Shown here: in pieces, positions 41,385-54,062 of the stretch | Layout of the letters: the number at the start of each line of letters is the position of its first letter | Numbering within the stretch: position 1 is the stretch's first letter | Origin: Octopus vulgaris | Lineage: Eukaryota | DNA length: 64,000 bases | Direction of reading: 5' to 3' | Assembly (NCBI GenBank): GCA_951406725.2 | Contig: OX597818.1 | Span: forward strand, 143,158,001 to 143,222,000 | Notes under the pieces: model-generated | Seen by the model: the letters and a program-made list of their open reading frames with translations, nothing else | Databases searched by the model: none | What the model was told of the DNA's origin: nothing | Program-made: the position numbers and the translations under genes

Positions 41385-42375
41385 CATAAATGGCAATTTG
41401 TGTCTGTTTGTGGGTGTGTGCGTGTGTTTGTGAATTTGTTACTTTAACTCCACCGAGACTATCCATATGATCTAGATGAAACTTGACACGTGTGTGAGGT
41501 CTATGCACTTGGAATTTTAAAAAAATCGATAATCTTTAATCAGCATCGATTTTTCAAAAATCAGTAGGACATTTCAATGCAAATTCTCATATGAATATTA
41601 TTTTCTGCCATAACTTTTAAAGTTTACAACAAATTTTCTTGAAATTTTATACACAGATGGAATATGCAGTAAGCATGGGTTGAGACAAATAAATTTTTAC
41701 CTAGGTCACTCAAGCAAAGTTTTGATTAACTGATTAACGAAATTTTGGCCTAAATTGTTGTGGGGTTAAAATGTTCATTAATTATTTTAGCATTCTCAGG
41801 CTGCTGTAACATGTATTTTCTTAACACCAGCACTTAGAATTATCGATTCTGAACGCTGCAATCGATATTTGATTCTTGCGATCAGTGGAACTATAACCCA
41901 TGAAACACAGTCGTTGCACTTAGGATTTTTTGGGGTTGCAAGAGGATTTGCCCCAAAATGATGAAAATCATCGTTTTTGCATGCTTTTTTCCCCTCCTCA
42001 TAGCATCTTACGACCGCCACATTGTCACCTCTGCACTCCAGCCATTTTCGTAAGTATAAAATCTTTTTCCTCTAAATATTTTTTTATTAACTTTTCAAAC
42101 TTTTGTGCCCTTTTTTTCATAGCACTCCTTTACAGTTCCCTTGTTGATGTTTCTATTGATTATATATTTGCAGCTTTCCACTCGTTTGACTAAATGATTG
42201 TCATTTTCCGATTCCACACGTATCTATTTGTATTATTGTTTCGTGAATGAATTCGCTTATACCTTCTATTATCTGTCCTATGTCTTGATTTCACTTTTCC
42301 TCTGAGAGAAATTAGGCATTGTAATGGGTGCTGGGAATAACTCTCCTCCCGAATATTACTGGGTACCTCAGCAAG
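41385..42375 (+). mobile_element. Decayed Helitron (~1 kb)
   Basis: The 5' part resembles 21469-21842 (ATAAATGGCA.TTTGT.TG...GATGAAACTTGACAC). The 3' end CCCGAATATTACTGGGTACCTCAGCAAG looks like a decayed hairpin plus CTAG. Confidence 0.6.
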
Positions 42376-42573
42376 TATATATATATATATATAATAATAA
42401 ATATTAGGGAATAAATCCAAATTTACAGGGAAAAAAAATCAGATTTAGGATTAAATCCAATTTTATAGTAAAATATTATAAAATATTATTAGAGACAAAA
42501 CCACTATTTTGCAAAACAAACAAGGAAAGACTTAATCAATACATAAAATTTTAATAAATAGTCAAAAAAACCG

Positions 42574-42616
42574 CCACTACAATTGTTTCTTGTCTTGATC
42601 GACAATCTTCAGGTGG
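42574..42616 (-). ncRNA. Intact hammerhead ribozyme, inverted twin
   Basis: Exact reverse complement of 42664-42706. Confidence 0.8.
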
Positions 42617-42663
42617 ACTTCCAATAAGTCAGTTTCAAATTATGAAACTGACTTATTGGAAGT

Positions 42664-42706
42664 CCACCTGAAGATTGTCGATCAAGACAAGAAACAATTG
42701 TAGTGG
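42664..42706 (+). ncRNA. Intact minimal type-I hammerhead ribozyme
   Basis: CCAC-CTGAAGA-TTGTC(gatcaa)GACAA-GAA-ACAATTGT-A-GTGG. All core residues are present and the cleavage triplet is GUA. Confidence 0.8.
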
Positions 42707-42799
42707 CGTTTTTTTTTGACTATTTATTAAAATTTTATGTATTGATTAAGTCTTTCCTTGTTTGTTTTGCAAAATAGTGGTTTTGTCTCTAATAATATG

Positions 42800-42829
<30 letters not shown>

Positions 42830-42833
<4 letters not shown>

Positions 42834-43113
42834 CCGTTGCCAGCCTCGCCTGGCCTCCATGCCGGTGACACGTAAAAGCACCATCCGTTTGTGGCCGTTT
42901 GCCAGCTCTGTCTGGCACCTGTGCGGGTGGCACGTAAAAAGCACCCACTACACTCACGGAGTGGTTGGCGTTAGGAAGGGCATCCAGCCGTAGAAACACT
43001 GCCAGATCTGACTGGGCCTGATGAAGCCTTCCAGCTTCACAGACCCCAGTTGAACCGTCCAACCCATGCTAGCATGGAAAACGGACGCTAAATGAGGATG
43101 ATGATGATGATGA
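42830..43113 (+). mobile_element. SINE family C copy
   Basis: GTTGGCGTTAGGAAGGGCATCC followed by a (TGA)n tail. Confidence 0.85.
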
Positions 43114-44089
43114 TATACCTGTAGTATATTAGCATTTGTGATCTACACAAAATGATTTTCCAGGACATTTACTACAGTCTAAGGTGTTATAAAGAATACA
43201 TCCGAGTTAGGTTGGATGTGCTAATAAATATTCATTATTAAAGTTGCTTCTGTCATTAATAGCTAATGTATCCATGGTGGCCTGCTAACTTTCCAAACAC
43301 CACTGGTTTGGCTAGCTGCTGCTGCTGCTGATCCATACTACAGTGGAATTATGTGATATGGTAGTGTCATTCACTAGTTCTGACAAAATTCCATCAACCT
43401 ATAATAGAATTTAGATGCTTTTTAGTGTTTGCTGTCTACACAAAATGACTTTTCAGGATGTTTACAGCAGTCTAAGACATTATAAACAACACATCCAAGT
43501 TAGGCTGGGTGTGTTAATTAATATTCGTTACAAAAGCTACTTCTGTCGGTAATTGCTTATTTATACGAAAGCATTGCATTCCTCAAAATTTTGCCAAAAT
43601 ATAGAATTTTGTAATGTGACACCCATTGACCCTTATTAACCTTCATGTTATTCTACATTATGGCTAGATTTTCAGGAACACAACACTTCTGTAAGGCAGG
43701 GGATGCTATATAAGAAATTGATACTATTAGTGCTAACATTTAATTAAAAAGTTAATTAGAAATATATGTACAGTGACAAATGAAAAAAAGCTATTAAATA
43801 ATGATTTAGGATATTTTCATTTATTCTGCGAGTATGGGAGATAACTTCTGTTATGTTTTGGACTTATTCAATCTCATGAGTAAAACAGTTCATGATATTT
43901 ACTGAAAGATTGACATCACTAAATTATGATAGTCGTTAAAATATGACAACAGAAAGGTTCCTTGGTGAACACACATTTTATTTGTTGTAAATGTAATATC
44001 ATGAACGCAATAACAATGCAATGGAGTTTTACAGTATGTATGTATGCATACATGAACACATATACACACACAAACATATTATTTATTTT

Positions 44090-44465
44090 ATTTTTTTTAT
44101 TTGTTTCAGTCATTTGACTGCGGCCATGCTGGAGCACCCCGGGACTTATTCTTTGTAAGCCCAGTACTTATTCTATCGCTCTCTTTTGCCGAACCGCTAA
44201 GTGACGGGGACGTAAACACACCAACATCGGTTGTCAAGCAATGCTAGGGGGACAAACACAGACACACAAACATACACGCACACATATATAAATATATATA
44301 TATACATATATACGACGGGCTTCTTTCAGTTTCCGTCTACCAAATCCACTCACAAGGCTTTGGTCGGCCCGAGGCTATAGTAGAAGACACTTGCCCAAGG
44401 TGCTACGTAGTGGGACTGAACCCGGAACCATGTGGTTGGTAAGCGAGCTACTTACCACACAGCCA
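44090..44465 (-). mobile_element. SINE family A
   Basis: Aligns to 34460-34950 and retains CpG (young copy). Confidence 0.9.
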
Positions 44466-44644
44466 TGTATATTTCTTCTTTGAGTTTTATATAAGTTCTT
44501 AAGAAAGTGAAAGTTGGTCGCTGGCAAAGCAATAGGACTTCTCAAGTTAAGTCAGTTCCAAGTGTTTGTAAATATATTGCTGAGCTGGTGTGTTGGTTGA
44601 ACTGTCGATGCATGCATTCAAGTGTGTGCACCTATTCATCTGAA

Positions 44645-45625
44645 GTATCTCAGATGGAGAATCTTTGGAATATCTTACAAATCTTCATTGTGCCACCAAT
44701 AGATTGTATTTGGAAATATGTGTGTCAGTTGCTTTTGATCTTTCTTTGAAAACACTATTGTTTCTGAGTGTTTGTGTAAATTTGGAGGTACATAACTTAA
44801 TGCATCTATGACAATAGGTACAAATAAAGATTTATAAGCAGGGTACAAAAGCTGTAAGTTCTGCATTAATTCAGGGTAAATGTTCCCTTTTTCCTGAACT
44901 GTTGATGGTACATTTTCATCTACTGAGCAGTCGATTCCTACAACAATGTATGACTTTTGTTCCTTGTCTCACAAAACAATTAAGAGCACTCCGTCGGTTA
45001 CGACGATGAGGGTCCCAGCTGATACGATCAGCGGAACAGCTTGCTCAAGGAATTAACGTGCAAGTGGCTGAGCACTCCACAGACACGTGTACCCTTAATG
45101 TAGTTCTCGAGGAGATTCAGCGTGACACAGAGTGTGACAAGGCCGGCCCTTTGAAATACAGGTACAACAGAAACAGGAAGTAAGAGTGAGAGAAAGTTGT
45201 GGTGAAAGAGTACAGCAGGGATCACCACCATCCCCTGCAGGAGCCTCGTGAAGCTTTAGGTGTTTTCGCTCAATAAACACTCACAATGCCCGGTCTGGGA
45301 ATCGAAACCGCGATCCTACGACCGCGAGTCCGCTGCCCTAACCACTGGGCCATTGCGCCTCCTCACAAAACAATATCAGGTCTGTTATGGTTACACTGAA
45401 TTGGTGTTTTTATCTGAGTGTTCCATCAGTATTCCTTCTTTGTAAAGGTGTGTATACTTCCGGTTCTGACAAACCTTTTCTGTAAACATCAGGGCAATCC
45501 TTCTTGTGGATAGCATTGTAAATAGTCATTTCAGCTATATCATGCCTTAGTGGCAGGTAATATCTCAGTCATTTTAGGACAGGTGCTGCTGATGTGGGTG
45601 ATATCTCACACACTGGCATAGTATA
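44645..45625 (-). mobile_element. R4/Dong-clade 3' portion (CCHC knuckle plus endonuclease) interrupted by SINE B
   Basis: DITHISSTCPKM..YYLPLRHD...LQLLYPAYKSLFVPIVIDAL. SINE B at 44984-45362 has TSD CTCACAAAACAAT. Confidence 0.8.
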
Positions 45626-45629
45626 CTCT

Positions 45630-45833
45630 TTTAATTGTTTCAGTATTTTGACAGTGGCCATGCTGGAGCACCGCCTTTAGTCGAGCAGATCGATCCCAGG
45701 ACTTATTTTTTATAGGCCTAGCACTTATTCTATGGGTCTCTTTTGCCGAACCGCTAAGTTACAGGGACGTAAACACACCAGCATCGGTTGTTAAGCGATG
45801 TTGGGGGGATAAACACAGACACACAAAAAATAT

Positions 45834-45868
<35 letters not shown>

Positions 45869-46031
45869 CACATATATACGATGGGCTTCTTTCAGTTTTC
45901 GTCTACCAAATCCACTCACAAGGCTTTGGTCGGCCCAAGACTATAGTAGAAGACACTTGCCCAAGGTGCCACACAGTGGGACTGAACCCGGAACCATATG
46001 GTTCGTAAGCAAGCTACTTACCACACAGCCA
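45630..46031 (-). mobile_element. SINE family A
   Basis: Aligns to the other family A copies. Confidence 0.9.
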
Positions 46032-46314
46032 TTTCTATCACAACATGAGAAATTAGGAGGAGGAATTTTCTGGATTGGATACCCCTCACTGTACTGAATA
46101 GCATATATCTAGGACAAAGCTCTTACCTATCTATTTTTCTCGCACCAGACTGTATTATTTATTCCTCCTCTCAGAATTTGTACAACTTTGGAACTGCTAG
46201 CATTCATTTCCCTCACCATGGGGTACTGCATAACCATCCTTTCCTTCCTCTCACTAGGATGTACTACCTAACCATCCTTTCATAGATTTACCTAAAGAAT
46301 ATCTTTGTATATAT

Positions 46315-46352
<38 letters not shown>

Positions 46353-46356
46353 ACAC

Positions 46357-46559
46357 ACGAAGGGTTGGCCAAAAGTCAACTGACAGTAAATCAAAACCAT
46401 TTAATTCTAAGATTAGAACAAAAAATTATTTTATATTTAACTTCGTTAATAAACAGACAATAGCAGTCAGTTATTAAACATTCATGATTGGAAGGAATAA
46501 ATAAAACTGAATATGAAATTTATGATTTTCTATCGGGTGACTTTTGGGTAACTCTCTAT
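46357..46559. mobile_element. Tc1/mariner-type MITE (~200 bp)
   Basis: TIRs AGGGTTGGCCAAAAGTCAACTGA and TCGGGTGACTTTTGGGTAACTCT. Confidence 0.6.
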
Positions 46560-46742
46560 ATAAATGGTGGTGCCCCAGCATGGCCACAGCTCGTGAGTTA
46601 AAACTAGATAAAATATGTACACACACACACACACACGTTATACATACATATATATATATATTCACATAACAACAGGAAGGGCTTCTTGCTGTTAAGCATT
46701 GCCTCAATAATAAAAAATTATCCGTGATTCTCCATGTATGTA

Positions 46743-46782
<40 letters not shown>

Positions 46783-47262
46783 TGTGTGTGTGTATGCGCG
46801 TATTCAGCAGTCATTGCCAAGCAATGTTTAGGCAAAAACGAACTTGAAGTTAGTTAAAATATTTTTGCAACATATTTCAGCTTCTAAAGGCAAATTCACT
46901 GCCATTGTTGTGAAGAAGAATTTCTCTTTTGGCAAAAGGTGTGAAAGCACCATATCTCCCCAGTATTGCCCTCAGACTGATTCTCTGGTGCAGCATTTTT
47001 TTAGAATAAATCAATCAGTAGTGGTAATACTATGACTGTATCTGATTATTGAGCGAAACTAAATAAACTTCACGTCTAAAAAGTAAAAAAGCGAATGGTA
47101 ATAATAATTCTGATGTTGAGGATATAGAGGTATCTTCTACTGGAATTTCTTCACATACTCATATCAATATCTCTGACGAATTTACAATTTGCAGCAATAA
47201 GAAAAATATTCCACTAGGAATAACAATTGATAAAACTAAACAAAGATAATTAGGAAAAGAAT

Positions 47263-47469
47263 GGGGGCGCGTGGCTTAGTGGTTAGGGTGTCAGCACCAT
47301 GATCGTAAGATTGTGGTTTCGATTCCTGGACCGGGCGACGCGTTGTGTTCTTGAGCAAAACACTTCATTTCACGTTGCTCCAGTCCACTCATCTGGCAAA
47401 AATGAGTAACGCTGCAATGGACTGACGTCCCGTCCAGCTGGGGAATACATACGCTTTAGAAACCGGGAG
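47263..47469 (+). mobile_element. tRNA-derived SINE family D
   Basis: TGGCTTAGTGGTTAG box A, TTTCGATTCC box B, CORE-like TTCTTGAGCAAAACACTT, then GCAATGGACTGACGTCCCGTCCAG. Confidence 0.85.
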
Positions 47470-47599
47470 TTTAAATTTAGTGAAGTGAACGTGTATTTGC
47501 AAAGCTGATTTAACACTGACTTCAAGTATGCAATTTCAACCAATAACTGAGTCTAGTCGCAGTGTATTTATTTTCGTTCAGGGTCTGGCGGTCGTCTTA

Positions 47600-49691
47600 G
47601 AGGTGCCCTGCGTCAAAAAATATCATTTGTAGCAGACGTTTTCTCAACATCGTTCACACGCGCCTGGAGTTGGGCTCAGAAGTTACAACCCGAATTGTTA
47701 TCTATGAACGGAAAAAAAGTAAAAGTAATTCAAATCCAGTGTTCTCTTGAAACAATAACTTTCTATAGAGATTAGGGTTTAAATTCCAATCTATTAAAAG
47801 TTTCCTTTTGGAAACCCTGTTCGCGAAGGATTTAGATGTATCTTGACGTACCTCACAAAAAATAGCCGGGTGGAGTTTGATGCTATCACAGTACGATTTC
47901 GTTGTTTAGTATGTTCCGGGTAAAAGCATTCCGCACGTCGATGCCTTCTCTCGATTGAGGTATAAAGAGACTAACGATGGTGATATAATTTCCTTTGCTT
48001 TGCATTTAGACAAATGCGACAGTGCGTGGCAGGACATCGATTCCGTAATGATGGAAGGCATCCGAAAACAACTACAGTAAGCCCTTGCCAGTTCACCTAT
48101 CGCGCACTCAGTACATTGCGGATTTTCCTGGCTAATATATGTAAATTTACATCGCGGACTCCTCAGTATATCACGGGTTTCTGCGGCCGATAGGTATTTA
48201 TATTTTTCTAGATTTTCATTATTTCTGTGAGAGGTTTTGGAATATAACACCCGCAATAGTCGAGGGATTACTTTTAAATGAAAACGCATTTTATAACAAA
48301 ATAAAAGAAAGAATTTTACAGCAAAATTGGAGATCGGTCTCGAATCTGGAACGTGCATTTGTTTAACAGAAGGATTTTCTAACATGCGAAAATGGCTTAG
48401 TATATCATAAAAATCGTCCGTTTATTCCGGTGCTTTATAGAGCCGCGGTATTAGCTAAAATACACGACACACAGACGGGCATTCAATAAACAATTAAGAT
48501 GGCACGACCCTGTATTTGTCGGTCTGGGTTGGCTTATTCGGTGGAGAAATTTGTCAAATCTTGCGGTAGAGAATTAGGCCAAACTTATTAAAGGCAAATG
48601 ATTCATGGCCTATTTCTGGGTCATGAGAATGTGTGCATATGGACTATTCCTGGGCCTTGGGAACATGTGCATATGGACCAAAACTTCGGTGACATACTCA
48701 TAATTGTAGATGCCTGTTCAACATAGATTGAGGCGGAGGCAGTAAAAAGCAAGCTGCTGGAGGTCTTTGCTCGTTTTAGAGTGTCCACAGCTTTAGTATC
48801 GGAGAACGGGCCTGCATTTGTTGCGTTAAAGAATATGTTGTCACCAATAGGATGCAGAAAGATCGAGACACTTGCTTATAGTCTGGCATCTAACGGCGCT
48901 GCTGAAAGGGGCCGTACAGACTGTGAAAACTGCACTGGAGCATTTTGATCGGAAGACGGAATTTCGGCAACTCCTTGATCAAATTTCTGTTCAACCATCG
49001 GCGTACCTCGGGTGGTTGTAAATCATCAACGGCCGAAAAGTTAATGGAAAGACCACTGAGGGTTGCTGTAAACCCATTCTTTGAAATAGGTGCTGATGTG
49101 ATACACAAAACCACATTCCACAAGGTTAAAGCTAAGGCAAAATATGTGATACATGCCGGAAAGAAAACTGCATGGATTAAGAAGGAGGATCATCCATTGC
49201 AGTTAATGGCAGTTGAGCAACTGGCCCTGCTGAACACACGGGAACCAGAACCAGAATTGAGCACAAAACCTGACACATTGGTTCCCGCTGAGTCTGCAAA
49301 GATGTCTAACTGATGATGCGACCATATCAAATCCCCGAGCTAGGCATGACACCAACACCGGAGTCATAGTAGAAGTGGAGCAGCCTATTATCGGCAACCC
49401 TAGCCGCCGAAGAAATTGCATCAGGTCCTCAACTGAGGCGGAGCACAAGATTGCGGCAGGATGTAAAAAGCCAAAACGTTTTGAAGAGTAATAATGTGAT
49501 AGTTGCACTGGGTTGCTGATTTGTTATTCTGATATGTATAGAGAACTCTCAAAGGAAGCTTCCTGCAACCACATGGAAATCATGACAGGAGAACGCTACT
49601 AGGAACGGTACAGCGTGGTCCTCGAAAAGTGAGCTGTGTAACTAGCAATTACGAACATTCAACAGTTGTTCTATAAGAGTGAAACACAACA
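47600..49691 (+). mobile_element. Decayed Ty3/Gypsy LTR retrotransposon (RNase H end, integrase; RT deleted) with possible 3' LTR at 49495-49691
   Basis: WSLMLSQYDF..YVPGKSIPHVDAFSRL; VLAKIHDT..GI...AR...EKFVKSC; LIIVDAC...FARF...VSENGPAF...ASNGAAE. A TG...CA segment follows KKPKRFEE*. Confidence 0.85.
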
Positions 49692-49884
49692 GGAACACTA
49701 TTTGGATAAGAAAAGTGGCGTGTCAGAAAAATGTGAATGTATTTATTTAAAAAATCCCCATTCTAAACCGATAATAAAATAGTGTGCCCTAGTAATTCAC
49801 TCTGATAAAAATAATATTACAAAAGTGTGTATATTTATATGTGTATCTATGTGTGCAACAAGAAAATATTCAACCTTTGCCGAC

Positions 49885-50945
49885 TCCTTACTCATCCTTG
49901 ACCTGTTATTCGAAGATGACAGTGCCCTGCTAATGCACACTGGGGTGACTTTCTAGACAGTCGTGTCTATCATTGTTGATGCAGCCAAGGCCTTTGGCCT
50001 CACTATTAGTCTGAAGAAAAGTGAAGTGCCGTTTCAGAAACCGCCATATGTCACATACCGACCACCGCAAATCAGCATCAAAGAACACACCCTTAACGCT
50101 GTTGAACTTTTCACCTACCCGGGGAGCGTAGTTTCTAATAACATAACCTGTGAAAAGGACATTGACAAACGCATTGCCAAACCCAACACCTCCTCTGGAT
50201 GACTGCAGAGGCGCGTATGGCAGAACTGTACATTGCACCCGTCCACAAAGATCAAAGTCTACAAGGCAGTTGTCATCATTACTCTCCTCTATGGGTTAGA
50301 AGCTTAGGTGCTGTATAGGACGCGAGTAAAGCTGCTGGAACGCCTCCACTAGAGCTGCCTTCGCTCGATCATGGACATCTCATGGAAGGAACACGTCAGC
50401 AACAATAAAGCCCTCCAGCTGACCAAATCCTGAGCACTGAAGCTATGCTGCTGCTCAGACAGCACAAATGCAAAAAGTTATGGCGGTGCCCCAGCATGGC
50501 CACAGCTCATTAGCTGAAACTGGAAAAATCAAAATAAAAAAAAATCAAAATCATACGAGTTTAGCCAGGATAATCCAGAATGCAAAAAGCGTTATTATAC
50601 ATCGAGCTTAGCCAGGACAAAAGAGACAGAGAAGTAATCCGGAAGCGTTGTAAAGACCAGCTGAAAAGCGAGTTCCCCAGGTAGAGATAGACTCCACGAG
50701 GTGAGAAGGATTTGTGGCACAGAGGGGGGTGTGGGGAAACTGCACGGACGTCACTGAAAGCAACTCTGGCGGATGAGAAACGTGAACGAAGGAAAGAGTC
50801 ATTGTCACGACCCCCATCTGACCAAAACCTATGCATATATTTTGCCCCAAATGCACCAGAGCCTGTTGTTACAAGGATCGGTTAACAGTTACCCGAAGAC
50901 TTGCTGCTGTTCCTCATGATCTTCGGACACGAAGAACTGCCATCA
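49885..50945 (+). mobile_element. RTE (BovB-like) LINE 3' portion, decayed
   Basis: LLFEDDSAL...AAKAFGLTISLKKSEV...FTYPGS...IDKRIAK...TKIKVYKAVV..TLLYG. Confidence 0.9.
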
Positions 50946-51102
50946 TGTCATATCATGCGTATGTATATCATGTGTGTGAATGTATGTATGTATGTATGTA
51001 TGTATGTATGTATGTATGTATGTATGTATGTATGTATATGTATGTATGTATCTATGTATACATACATACATACGTACATACATACATAGGCACACACACA
51101 TA

Positions 51103-51177
<75 letters not shown>

Positions 51178-51999
51178 ATATATATTTACAGAGGTGGGCA
51201 CCGTTAATCAAAAAGTTAACTTCGTTAATCGTTAATCCGTTAATTCTTTGATGATCTACGTGTTGCGGTGTTTTTCTTCCTGCCTGTGCTTAGTAGTTTT
51301 AAAGAGAAAGTCAATATGCACACCAATTCTTCTCTTTAGACTTGAAGGTCTGACAACAGTTGCTCAGCTGGCTAAGGTGGCTGCGGTAACCAGTAGGCTA
51401 TGGGTTTCATTATTAGAGTGGCCTTCCAGGCTTGGAGAACTCTACCTATCCTGGAGTTGCTAGAAGGGTGTCAAGGAGGGCACCGGGCCGCCTGAGGAAC
51501 TCCATTCCTTGATTTGCTTTCGAGGTTGACTCCCTGAATATTTTCCTTTCTCAAGGCATTGGCGAGGCAGTAAAATTTGTGCTTGGAGTTTCTTCCATTA
51601 CATGCTAAGCTTAGCTGGGACCCTGACGGGTGCTACAATACTCCGAGTTAGAGTAGACCTGGGAACAATATTAGCTAAGAGATGGCTCCACACTCTTCAA
51701 AACCGTAGGACTGTCGAACCAGGACCCATTACCAGATGGAGTTTAAAGTCCTACCCAGGACACACACACACACACACACACCCACCCACACCCACACGCA
51801 CAGCGGTAATTGAATAAACAGTAATAAAGAGTAAAAAAATATAACTAACTGAAAATAGTTACCGACAAAATCAAATGAAACTTCATCATCTCCATCAATG
51901 ACCAATTAGCTGAGTGAACAATCACTTTACGAATCTAGAGAAATCCTACCGACCTGATATCCTCAATGGACAAAATGTCTAAGGAACAACTCACAGAGA

Positions 52000-53105
52000 T
52001 CGTCAATTGGACATTGAATGTTTTACTCTACTGCACTGTGATTACCATTCGCCAACAGTCGGGTATAACAGATAGATTAAACTAAGAAAAAAACAACAAC
52101 AACAAAACAACCAAAATGGATGACATCTGTCCAGAAAAAATATCGAGACTAAGAGAAAATATTGGACAGTTTGACATTATCATTAAGGGCAAAGTGAATA
52201 ATAAATTTACTAACTACCAGCTGCGACTTTAAAGTAGGTTGTCTAAGGAATGTCGACGAGAGACTTGTGGTCCAGATAATTGCCTTTATACACGAACTGC
52301 GATCAGCGAGTGAAAAACTTCGTCATCGCAAAAAAGTTTACTAAATCGCAAAGCCATCGATTACAAGTTTGCACAAAAAGGTACAGGTAGCATATCGTAA
52401 TATGAAAAGCCGTATCATCAAGGTCATAGATGCTCCTCTCCAGGAGGATCTTGAGTCATTTGTGGGGAGGAACGTGGACTGTAAACAAACAGTTGTGATA
52501 CAGTGTGGTTAGATGAGCTCCGAAGTGAGTACTGTGCAAATGGCACTCCCCAAACTTACATGTCATCAGTGAAACTGTGTTTACAAAACTACCGAACAGA
52601 AAATTACCTGGGAGTGACCTGATAGTCGGTTATTCGTACAGAGAGCTCATGTTTTACAGGTCATTCCTCGTTAATCTATTCAAAAGAACAAAAAAGTTGA
52701 GTTGATAGTTGCACGTACAACACGAGTAACTAAAAACCAGGAGGTACAATGACCTAAAAATACAGGCCCATAGCACCATAGTATACTTAATTGTGATGTA
52801 TAATTCATGTACAATTGAAATGAAACATCCCGATAGGATTACTGTGAAATACGCGAAGTGGTGACAAATGACCAGGAAGGAGCAAAGAAAGGAATTTGGG
52901 GCTGTACCAAACAGCTCCTAAGCAACAAAGGAAACTTATTGTGCCCGGTACCGGGCTACGTAATAATAGATCTGCAGGAAAATTTAGAAATGCTGGGGTT
53001 CTTCATAAAAGAAACGAGTAAACTGATTTGCATTTCCCAAATACGATCGATTGAAAGTAGGGAAAAATTTGCAGAAAATTCCATGGGATTTTCATGTGAG
53101 GGTCC
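52000..53105 (+). mobile_element. R4/Dong-clade element with a large internal deletion
   Basis: KLPGSDLIVGY, YRPIA and QEGAKKGIWGCTKQLLSNK are joined directly to the C-terminal LQENLEMLGF. Confidence 0.7.
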
Positions 53106-53126
53106 TAGTCTGAACACACACACACA

Positions 53127-53167
<41 letters not shown>

Positions 53168-54018
53168 ACACACACACACACACACACACATTACCAGTAA
53201 TAATACACACACTTAACAACTGTTGTCTGTTTGTTTTCGTCCCCGTAACCTAGCAGTCCGACAGTCGAATAAGTGCCAGAATTAAAAATATGTTATCGGG
53301 TCGATTTGTTCGACTAAATCCCTAAAGACGATGCTCTCGCATGGATGCAGTTCAATGAATGAAACACGTAAAAGATAAAAAGATAAAAGAAAAAAATACA
53401 TCTTTTATACTTTGTCTTCACTTCAGGTTTGTTATTATTTTTATTTTAGTGTCCTTTGTCTGGAAATCTCCTGAGACCTCTTCAACGACACTCCTTCCCA
53501 CGTGTCTCCTTTTCTGTTTATTCCATTCTGTTTTTCCGTGGTGTGTGTTAAGAATAATAAAATGAGAATGATCATAAAGCTGAAGTGAAGACCAAGTATA
53601 TAGGGCAAAATATATGATCATCCCCAAATATAACAATATCTGTTTCAACACACGATTTCACATCAAGAATCTTGCAAAATAAATACACAAACGTATATAT
53701 CTTTTATATATTTTACTTGTTTCTGTCATTGGGTGCGGCCATGCTGGGACACTGCCTTGAAAGGTTTTAGTGGAACAAAGATAAAAGAATCTTTTGTTTC
53801 AGTCATTGGACAGCGGCCATACAGGTGTAGCGCCTTGAGGGGCTTTAGTGGAGCAAAGGGACACAAGTACTTGTATATATTTTATTGGTTAACCATATAT
53901 TTTAAAACTTGAACTTATTCTGTCACTCTCTATTGCCGAACCGCAACTTCACGGGGGACGTAAATAAACCGACACCGTTGGAAAACCGATTATAGCAGCG
54001 ATTACATCAATTCCTAAG

Positions 54019-54062
54019 GATATCTGAAGAAGGAAGGAATTTTTATTCCGAAATATCATATC
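54019..54062 (+). ncRNA. Minimal hammerhead motif
   Basis: GATAT-CTGAAGA-A-GGAA...TTCC-GAA-ATAT-C-ATATC: 5-bp stem I, palindromic stem III and an AUC site. Confidence 0.6.

Larger units (their letters stand above)
42393..42800. mobile_element. Near-perfect 155-bp-arm palindrome (inverted Penelope-like terminal repeats) in (TA)n
   Basis: Arms 42483-42637 and 42643-42798, with a 5-nt loop and a ~90-bp one-sided extension. Confidence 0.85.

Noticed and set aside
47263-47340. tRNA gene candidates (also at 19520-19593, 38010-38083 and 45290-45362)
   Set aside because: They are SINE heads continuing into repeat bodies (TSDs seen for the three family B copies) and lack a proper acceptor stem.
48945-49313. 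122-aa ORF as a host gene
   Set aside because: It is the post-core integrase tail of the Gypsy remnant.
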